DNA from: Chlamydiales bacterium
GTDB taxonomy: Bacteria > Chlamydiota > Chlamydiia > Chlamydiales > SM23-39
DNA: 32,000 nt
Assembly (NCBI GenBank): GCA_965261025.1
Contig: OZ253438.1
Coordinates: 90,001-122,000 of the forward strand
Direction of reading: 5' to 3'
Within the stretch, counting starts at the first letter, position 1; every line of letters begins with the position of its first letter. Shown here in pieces: positions 25,615 to 32,000 of this stretch. The notes beneath the pieces were generated by a model. The model saw nothing but the letters and a program-made list of their open reading frames with translations, made no database searches and was not told the origin of the DNA. Position numbers and translations under genes: made by a program.

Positions 25615-25767
25615 GTTTATTTTTTACTTATTGTTTTTTGTAAAAAAATTAAAAGGATTTTTATAACTTTCTTATTTTTAGATAGATAGGTGTTTTTAGT
25701 GGGAAAAATAAGGAAATAGTAAAAGATGAGGAAATTTCCTTAACTCACCTAACATAATAAGAAAAAG

Positions 25768-27372
25768 CTAGTTAGAAAGAGAAGGGGATTCAGGCCTCAT
25801 AAGAGGGAAGTAGATCACATCTCGAATGGAAGAGGCCTTAGTAAAAAGCATCACAAGGCGATCTATTCCAATCCCTAGTCCTCCGGTGGGGGGCATGCCT
25901 TGGCATAGGGCCTCTAAGAACTCCTCATCAAGGGGGTGGGCTTCTTCTTTCCCTTGAGAGAGAAGAAGGTTTTGTTCCTCTAAGAGTTTTCTTTGCATTT
26001 CAGGATCATTGAGTTCTGAATAGGAATTAGCAATTTCAGTCCCCAAAATATAGCTTTCAAAACGCTCTATAATCCTTTCTTGTTGTAATAGGGGATCTCT
26101 ATGAAGTTTTGCTAAGGGACTAGTTTCTAAGGGATAGTCTATTATATGGTGGGGTTGTATGAGGTGCTTTTCTACGAATTCCTCAAAACAATAGGCAATT
26201 AAAGAGCCTCTAGGAAGAGATTTTACTAGCGCCTCTTCAGTAGAATTTTTGACTAAAATATCTATAAGCTCTTGATTTGAAAGCTTTTCTACATCCATAT
26301 CTGCATATTCTAGAAGAGCCTTTTTCATGCTCAGTCTTTTCCAGGGGGTTTGTAGATTTACCCTAACTTCTTTTCCCTGGTGCATTATAGTCACCTCTGC
26401 TTTTCCCGTTAGTTTTCGGGCAATCTCTAAATAGAGTGTTTCAACAAGGTGCATCATATCCGTGTAGTCCCAATAAGGGGCATACGCTTCTAGCATAGTA
26501 AACTCTGGATTATGAGTTCTGTCTATACCTTCATTCCGGAAGATCTTACCTATTTCATAGACTTTTTGCAGGTTACCTACTACCAGTTTTTTTAAAGAAA
26601 GCTCCAAAGAAATACGTAAGTACATATTCTGGTCTAAGGCATTTAAGTGAGAAGTAAAAGGTCTTGCTTCAGCTCCTCCATAGAGGTTTTGTAGGATAGG
26701 GGTTTCCACTTCCAGAAACTGTAAATGATCCATGAAATTTCGAATGATCTGGATGATTTTAGAGCGAAGAAAAAATCGATGAGAGCTTTCTGGATGAGAG
26801 ATCAAATCAAGCCATCTTTTTCTATAACAGATCCCTTTATCTGCAAGGCCTTTGTGCTTATCTGGTAAGGGAAGAAGTGTTTTGGTTAAAAGTGTTACTT
26901 TTTTTGCAAAAAGGGTAAGCTCTCCTTTTTGGGTAGTAAAAAGATGGCCTTCGATTCCCAAGATGTCTCCCAAGTCAATTTTTTTTTCTAAAAATTTTAA
27001 GGAAGTAAGATCCGTTTTTTTAGGGTCAAGTCCCTCCATCTGGGTGTGATCCCGATTAAACATGACCTGGATTCTTCCCGAACTATCCTGAATATGGCCA
27101 AAAGCATTCTTTCCCATAGCTCGGAACAAAACAAGCCTTCCTGCTACCCGCTCTTTTTGTGTAGCGCCTTTTTCTGCTGCTTCACTATTTCCTATTTCCT
27201 TGTCTTTATAAAGATCTTGTAGTTGTTGTGCCAGGTGTGACGGATCATACCGATAAGGGTAGGGATTTATCCCCAGCTTGCGAATTTCTTGTAGTTTTGC
27301 TGTTCTAACTTGGAAATCTTCCTGTTTAAAGTAATCAGGAAAAGACATAGATAAAGACTCCTTGAGCTCCAT
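25768..27372 (-). CDS. lysS: Lysyl-tRNA synthetase (class II)
   Basis: Contains an OB-fold N-terminal region, class II motif 2 FRNEGIDRTHNPEFTMLE and motif 3 GGLGIGIDRLVMLF. A start at 27372 or at the internal ATG 27348 is possible. Confidence 0.95.
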   Translation of the reverse strand: MELKESLSMSFPDYFKQEDFQVRTAKLQEIRKLGINPYPYRYDPSHLAQQLQDLYKDKEIGNSEAAEKGATQKERVAGRLVLFRAMGKNAFGHIQDSSGRIQVMFNRDHTQMEGLDPKKTDLTSLKFLEKKIDLGDILGIEGHLFTTQKGELTLFAKKVTLLTKTLLPLPDKHKGLADKGICYRKRWLDLISHPESSHRFFLRSKIIQIIRNFMDHLQFLEVETPILQNLYGGAEARPFTSHLNALDQNMYLRISLELSLKKLVVGNLQKVYEIGKIFRNEGIDRTHNPEFTMLEAYAPYWDYTDMMHLVETLYLEIARKLTGKAEVTIMHQGKEVRVNLQTPWKRLSMKKALLEYADMDVEKLSNQELIDILVKNSTEEALVKSLPRGSLIAYCFEEFVEKHLIQPHHIIDYPLETSPLAKLHRDPLLQQERIIERFESYILGTEIANSYSELNDPEMQRKLLEEQNLLLSQGKEEAHPLDEEFLEALCQGMPPTGGLGIGIDRLVMLFTKASSIRDVIYFPLMRPESPSLSN

Positions 27373-27394
27373 GAAAACTCTTGCGCTATTTCGT

Positions 27395-27423
27395 AGATAA
27401 GAAGATCATAGCACCTTTTTCAA
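27395..27423 (-). promoter_or_regulatory. Candidate lysS promoter elements in the 76-bp lysS/aroA divergent spacer
   Basis: The minus strand contains an extended -10 TGcTATGAT (27413-27405). Alternatively it reads TTGAAA (27423-27418), 17 nt, then TTATCT (27400-27395). Motif match only. Confidence 0.3.
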
Positions 27424-27448
27424 ATGGGAAGATAGGGAAAAAATATTT

Positions 27449-28714
27449 ATGGCAAAAGCTGTGCTTTATCCTTCTTCTTTACAAGGGAAAATAAAGGCTC
27501 CTCCTTCAAAATCTGAAACTATGCGAGCTATTTTGTTTGCGGCTTTGGCCCAAGGAAAAAGTACCCTTTTTTCCCCTCTAGCATCCCCTGATATAGACCT
27601 TATGTGTGAGGCAGTACAGGCCTTTGGGGCTAAGATTATCGCAAAAAATCCCTTACAAATAGAAGGAGTAGCTGGGAAGCCTTTTTTTGAAAGAAAAAAG
27701 ATTGAAGCAGGAAATTCAGGTATTATTGCCCGTTTTCTTACTCCCCTTTGTGCTTTGAGTTTAGAAAAAATTTTTATTACGGGGGATGAGTCTGTCCAAA
27801 AGAGAAGAGTTATAAAACCCCTTTTAGAAGCTCTTCAGGAAAGAGGTGCCCAATATGAGTGTACGGAGGAGAAAGATCATTTTCCCTTCTGGATACAAGG
27901 TCCCTTTTCTCCGGGAAAAATGGAAGTAGAGGGGAAAGATTCCCAGATTGTATCTGCTCTTTTAATTGCAGCCTCTATTTTAGAAGAGCCGCTAGAGATT
28001 TTTGTAACAAATCCGGGAGAAACTCCTTGGATAGAAATGACTCTTTCTTGGCTTAAAAAAAGGGGGGTTCTCTTTGAAAGAAAGGGGTTTTCTTACTACA
28101 AAGTTTGGGGAAGAGTCTTCCCTTGTTTCAGCCACTGTGTTGCAGCTGATTTTAGTTCTGCTTCCTTTATGGCAGTAGCTGCTGCTATAGGAGGAGAGGT
28201 CCTCTTTTCTAATCTTTCTTTTTCTGAACCCCAAGGGGATAAGATTGTGTTTTCCTGGCTACAGGAAATGGGAGTTTTAGGCTCTGGTTCTGCAAAGGGA
28301 TTTATGGTGAAAAAAAGCCCTATTGCAGGGGGATGTTTTGATATCAATAAGGCGATAGATGCCTTACCCATCTTAGCTGTTTTCGGGTGTTTTAGCGAAA
28401 GAGGAATTTTTTTGCAAAATGGCGCTATAGCAAGAGAAAAAGAATCAGATCGAATAGAGGCAATTTCTAAGGAGTTGAGAAAAATGGGGGCTAAAATAAG
28501 AACAGGAAGGAATTTTTTACACAGCTTTCCTTCTACCTTGGAAGGAGCCTCTCTTTCTTCTCATAAAGATCATAGAATTGCTATGGCACTTGCTGTGGCT
28601 GCTCTTTTTGCAGAAGGAAAAACGGAGATTGAAGACATAGATTGTGTAAAAAAAAGCTACCCTCATTTTTTTGAAGAACTTAGGAAGCTAGGGGCCAAGG
28701 TAGAAGTGCAATGA
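27449..28714 (+). CDS. aroA: 3-phosphoshikimate 1-carboxyvinyltransferase (EPSP synthase, AroA)
   Basis: Contains PPSKSETMRAILFAAL, GNSGIIARFL and HKDHRIAMALAVAAL. 421 aa. Confidence 0.9.
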   Translation: MAKAVLYPSSLQGKIKAPPSKSETMRAILFAALAQGKSTLFSPLASPDIDLMCEAVQAFGAKIIAKNPLQIEGVAGKPFFERKKIEAGNSGIIARFLTPLCALSLEKIFITGDESVQKRRVIKPLLEALQERGAQYECTEEKDHFPFWIQGPFSPGKMEVEGKDSQIVSALLIAASILEEPLEIFVTNPGETPWIEMTLSWLKKRGVLFERKGFSYYKVWGRVFPCFSHCVAADFSSASFMAVAAAIGGEVLFSNLSFSEPQGDKIVFSWLQEMGVLGSGSAKGFMVKKSPIAGGCFDINKAIDALPILAVFGCFSERGIFLQNGAIAREKESDRIEAISKELRKMGAKIRTGRNFLHSFPSTLEGASLSSHKDHRIAMALAVAALFAEGKTEIEDIDCVKKSYPHFFEELRKLGAKVEVQ

Positions 28715-29253
28715 ACTGGATCTTGTATGGTTTTAAAAACTGTGGAAAGACAACCCTGGGAAAGCTATTAGCGCAAAAGTATAAGAAGGAATTCATAGAT
28801 ATAGATCGGAATTTAGAGGCTCTTTATACAGAGCAAACGGGAAAAGTTCTCTCGGCGGCCCAGATCTTTCTCAAGGAAGGGGAGTCTTTTTTTAGGAGCT
28901 TAGAGCAAAAGGCGATAATTCTTTTGCTTTCCGTAAAAGAAAGCGTCATTTCTTTAGGAGGAGGAAGCCTTTTGCAAGAGAGAAATAGGGCTTTTTTACA
29001 AAAACTAGGGGTTCTTATTTACCTAAATGCAACAAAGTCTTTACTAAAGAAAAGATGGAATAAAAATCCTTTAGCGTTATTCTCCCAGGAGAAAAAAGCC
29101 TCGCTTTCCTATTTTGAAAGGACTTTCGCAGAGAGAAAGAAAAGGTATCTTTCCTTATCTAAAGCACAAGTCAACTTGATAGGCCAGCTAGAGCAAGATT
29201 TTTCAGCTTTGTGTAGTTTAGTAGAATCTTTTGCTAACTTTCCTCCTCTTTAA
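28711..29253 (+). CDS. aroK: Shikimate kinase
   Basis: Contains Walker A GFKNCGKTTLGKLLA, then FIDIDR, GESFFRSLE and ISLGGGS. ATGA overlap with aroA. Confidence 0.85.
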   Translation: MNWILYGFKNCGKTTLGKLLAQKYKKEFIDIDRNLEALYTEQTGKVLSAAQIFLKEGESFFRSLEQKAIILLLSVKESVISLGGGSLLQERNRAFLQKLGVLIYLNATKSLLKKRWNKNPLALFSQEKKASLSYFERTFAERKKRYLSLSKAQVNLIGQLEQDFSALCSLVESFANFPPL

Positions 29254-31834
29254 TCATTCTTTGCAATCCCTCAAAAATGGTCTCTATGATACTTTTTGCT
29301 GTAGCTCTTTTGATTTCCTTACTCCCTCTGGGAACTGTAGTAAAGGAAGAGTTTTTCCCTTCTCCTACCCTAATTTGAGTATGTTTTTGGCCTTCTCTTA
29401 CTTGAAAATAGGAACTTTCTCTTTTAAAAAAACTTTTTATTTCTCGATTACAGTAATCCACCAGTCTTAATATCTTTTCTCTTGTTACATTATGAATAGA
29501 ACTTTCACTCTTGAGTAGTTGTAGTTTTTCGGCTAAATGCGCTACCTTTTTAGATTTTTGTTTTTCTGTTATTTCTTTCTCTTTTATAGCTGTCTTTTTA
29601 TTAGAAATAACTGGAGTAGGTTGTTTAAATTCAAAGGGAGCTACACCATTTTCAGTTTCTATAGTTACCTCTGCTATAGAAGGTGTTTCTTCTTTCTCTA
29701 TCTTACCTTGCTGTTTTGTTTTATCCCCCTTTGGGGACTTTTCCCTATTAGGACTTAGCAAAGGCTCTTCTTCCGGGAAGAAAAGCAAAAAATGATCCAC
29801 ATCATCGGTGTTTATGAAGTAGTTGGTTTTTACCTCTTCTCCTTTTGCAATGCTACAAAGAATTTTTATATCTTTTAGGACAATATACAGAGAAAGAGAC
29901 AAGGGTAAAAACTGTTCAAAAACATCGAAAACGCTTTGAGCCTCTTTGGCGGGAGTCTTTTCTATCATTTCCTCTTTCAGGATCTGAAAATTTTCAATAA
30001 ATTCGCTTTCTTTATTTTGTGCATTGCGTTTATTGATTTCAGTTTTCTGCCCTCTTAGCCAAATTTCGAACTCTTGTTCGCTAGTATGATGGGGAATTAA
30101 ACCACAAAATTGCAGAACGGAGGGTTTGGTTTTTTGAAACAATTGGATAAGTTTTTCTTTCGCTATATCTGCCTGAGATTTTCCTTTAGCGGGTTTTTTT
30201 TTCTGTTTTTTCGGGTAGAAAGAAATGGTGTTTGTTAGCATGGTCTCTTGTTGTTTCAGATAATCAGAAGCCATTAGTTGAACTTTTTCTAGATAATAGA
30301 AAAACTGAGTGTTCCCAGAAAAGCATCTTTGAATACTATCCAGCGCCATAATAAAAAAATTTTTATAAGGGATACGGCTTATGAAGAAAATTGCTTGCAT
30401 AGCCCCTTTAAAAATATCCTCTTCTTTTTCTTCAAGGTAGGTACTTTCCCGATAATGTTTATTAACATTGCTAGTGCATGTATTGAGTTTTTCCATAATC
30501 GAAGCAAAATTTTCCCCAGAAAAAATTTGAAGAAGTAAATTCATTAGCATTTTCATTCGCTCTCTATTCTGAATTATCTTTTCTATTAGATCGTGAATTT
30601 TCTGATTGAGAGATAGAGATACTTCTAGCAAGGACCAAATTGGACTCTGAGATTCCAGATTCTCTCCATAACTTTGCTCGAATAAGTTTCTAACTAAAGT
30701 ATAAGTTTTAAAACGCGGATCCGATAAATCTTCCTCGAAATAGGAAAGTTGTGGTAGAGAGCTTTTTAAGCTTTTTAGCTTGTCCTTTAGGGCCTTATTT
30801 TCAAAAAGCTTGGCTTTATCTGTTTTACTAGCTGATATGTCTAGTATTTCTAACGCATTAGATAGGAACTGAAAAACCGTGTTCCGTAAAGTTTCATCCT
30901 GTTTAATTTTTCCTTCCAAAAGAACAAAATGGATGTCAATTATAACAAAGAGCAGAGCGTGGAAAAAAGATTTTTTAAGAAAAGGTAGTGGAAAAAGCAT
31001 TATGTCTGAAAACCCCTCAACATGTTTCTCCAAATAAGCTTTTGCTTTTTGATTTTCTATATTGGTAAGCATTCCCTCTACGAGTTGTTTCATAGCAGCC
31101 TGCTGCTCTTGGTAGAACTTTCGAATATTGGCGCCTCTGGTATGCATATTAAATAGCACATTGCCAATAGGAAATAGTAGGGGATCTTCTACGTACTCCC
31201 CTAAGAGAGTACTTACAGAAAAACTTTTTTCAGGAGGCGGTCTATTCTTTCCTGCGGCATTTTGCAGTCTTTGTATATCTTTTTCAGGGTAGAGAACTTG
31301 ATATACTCTCAAGAATTTTCGTAAGAAAGCTTTATATGAATCCGCGTTATAGAGAGAGACGTTACTTGTTATCTGTTTTATACGGTTAGGATCTAGCTGA
31401 AAAAAAAAGTCTTTGCACTGAATCAAATTCTCTAGAAATTCAAAAAATGATTGAATACGGAAAACACTTTGTACCTCAATAGAAATAATTCTAGCAGAGG
31501 ACTCTATCAAAGACAGACGTATCTCTTCAGCAGAATTTTTTACTATACCCATTTTGAAAAAGAGATTTTTTAGAAAAAAATTTCTGATTCTCAGAGGGAT
31601 TTTCAGGGACTTCAGTTTAGAATCCAGACAAAAGCAAGCTCCCAAACAGAGAAGGGTACAAAGGGGGTACTCCTCCTGTATGTAGGGAATGCTTTCAAGA
31701 ATTTTTTTTATGTTCTTCTTCTGATTTTCCCAGAATAATTTCAGTTTTTGGTCTTGTTCGGGAATAACTTCCGATATTTTTGTATGGATTCTCAAAACAT
31801 TTTTTTGTCGGGGGGATAAAACTATCTGACTCAT
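29234..31834 (-). CDS. Hypothetical 866-aa protein: large helical N-terminal region, K/E-rich linker, HicA/YcfA-like C-terminal module
   Basis: Uninterrupted 866-codon ORF with AAGGA about 8 nt before the ATG. No TM segment or signal peptide. The C-terminal ~75 aa match the HicA-type pattern (see findings). The 3' end overlaps the aroK 3' end by 20 nt. Confidence 0.75.
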   Translation of the reverse strand: MSQIVLSPRQKNVLRIHTKISEVIPEQDQKLKLFWENQKKNIKKILESIPYIQEEYPLCTLLCLGACFCLDSKLKSLKIPLRIRNFFLKNLFFKMGIVKNSAEEIRLSLIESSARIISIEVQSVFRIQSFFEFLENLIQCKDFFFQLDPNRIKQITSNVSLYNADSYKAFLRKFLRVYQVLYPEKDIQRLQNAAGKNRPPPEKSFSVSTLLGEYVEDPLLFPIGNVLFNMHTRGANIRKFYQEQQAAMKQLVEGMLTNIENQKAKAYLEKHVEGFSDIMLFPLPFLKKSFFHALLFVIIDIHFVLLEGKIKQDETLRNTVFQFLSNALEILDISASKTDKAKLFENKALKDKLKSLKSSLPQLSYFEEDLSDPRFKTYTLVRNLFEQSYGENLESQSPIWSLLEVSLSLNQKIHDLIEKIIQNRERMKMLMNLLLQIFSGENFASIMEKLNTCTSNVNKHYRESTYLEEKEEDIFKGAMQAIFFISRIPYKNFFIMALDSIQRCFSGNTQFFYYLEKVQLMASDYLKQQETMLTNTISFYPKKQKKKPAKGKSQADIAKEKLIQLFQKTKPSVLQFCGLIPHHTSEQEFEIWLRGQKTEINKRNAQNKESEFIENFQILKEEMIEKTPAKEAQSVFDVFEQFLPLSLSLYIVLKDIKILCSIAKGEEVKTNYFINTDDVDHFLLFFPEEEPLLSPNREKSPKGDKTKQQGKIEKEETPSIAEVTIETENGVAPFEFKQPTPVISNKKTAIKEKEITEKQKSKKVAHLAEKLQLLKSESSIHNVTREKILRLVDYCNREIKSFFKRESSYFQVREGQKHTQIRVGEGKNSSFTTVPRGSKEIKRATAKSIIETIFEGLQRMIKEEES

Positions 31835-31884
31835 GCCAAAGTCCTTTTTGCGCGGGAAATACTGAACCTAGAAAAGCTTTTTTA

Positions 31885-32000
31885 TCAAGGCCTTCCTTTC
31901 GATAAAAAACTTTGAACCTGTCTTTGCAATTCCTTTATATATCTTTTGCCTAAAAAAAACGCTCCTTCTTTATTCTCTGGTACAAAAAAACCCAAATTGG
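31885..32000 (-). CDS. Possible 3' end of a further minus-strand gene (partial at window edge)
   Basis: The only frame open to the window edge reads ..NLGFFVPENKEGAFFLGKRYIKELQRQVQSFLSKGRP* with TGA at 31887-31885. With only 37 codons, it could be open by chance in AT-rich DNA. Confidence 0.25.
   Translation of the reverse strand, partial: NLGFFVPENKEGAFFLGKRYIKELQRQVQSFLSKGRP

Noticed and set aside
25729-25740. Perfect 12-bp palindrome AGGAAATTTCCT, with a second AGGAAAT half-site at 25711-25717, between the lysS stop and the orphan-operon promoter.
   Set aside because: It is a single AT-rich palindrome more than 110 bp upstream of the -35, with no second copy in the window. It may be chance or a weak lysS 3' structure. 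It cannot form a stable hairpin because it has no loop, and there is no basis for assigning a regulator.
31810-31815. G6/C6 run in codons 7-9 of the 866-aa ORF as a possible phase-variation tract.
   Set aside because: Six nucleotides is too short for efficient slipped-strand switching. There is no evidence of heterogeneity in a single sequence.
1-32000. Search by eye for tRNA/rRNA/tmRNA/SRP/RNase P signatures, CRISPR-like spaced repeats, transposase/integrase/recombinase motifs, terminal inverted repeats and phage genes.
   Set aside because: Nothing convincing was found. There is no GTTCGAATC-type T-arm with matching acceptor stems and no regularly spaced direct repeats. No DDE, tyrosine or serine recombinase motifs occur in any ORF. 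Covariance-model scans would be needed to exclude small RNAs.

Overview
This is a densely packed, low-GC (roughly mid-to-high 30s % by eye), mostly plus-strand bacterial chromosome segment. Gene content and order point to an obligate-intracellular member of the phylum Chlamydiae. A dcw/peptidoglycan cluster (murF 3' end, mraY, murD, LysM protein, ftsW, murG, in-frame murC-ddl fusion, ftsQ-like) ends without ftsA/ftsZ. It is followed by cutA, an rsbV-type STAS protein, miaA, nadD, rsfS, a degenerate trpD-like gene, fabF, a Nudix hydrolase, bioY, a three-domain aas (acyltransferase + carrier domain + acyl-ACP synthetase), cysS, lysS, aroA and aroK. Many gene junctions are ATGA/GTGA stop-start overlaps. 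I found no rRNA, tRNA, CRISPR array, transposase/integrase or IS-like ends. The housekeeping blocks are interrupted by ORFs with no family motif I can recognise: 185 aa (8892-9449, -), a 488-aa coiled-coil protein (11109-12575), 83 aa (16995-17246, -), 527 aa (17445-19028), a tightly coupled 383-aa + 217-aa operon (23724-25539, -) and 866 aa (29234-31834, -). The signals most worth follow-up are listed here. (1) The 383-aa protein carries a heptad-spaced cysteine ladder, and its operon has the only near-consensus promoter in the window (TTGACT-17-TATAAT). (2) The 866-aa protein has a HicA/YcfA-like C-terminal module. (3) The 527-aa and 866-aa orphans share short N-terminal motifs. (4) The TrpD-fold protein has lost its catalytic signature residues. 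(5) The Aas fusion contains an embedded LGLDSL carrier domain. (6) A 523-bp ORF-free spacer lies upstream of aas. All functional readings of the orphan ORFs are inference from sequence patterns; no database search or structure prediction could be run.
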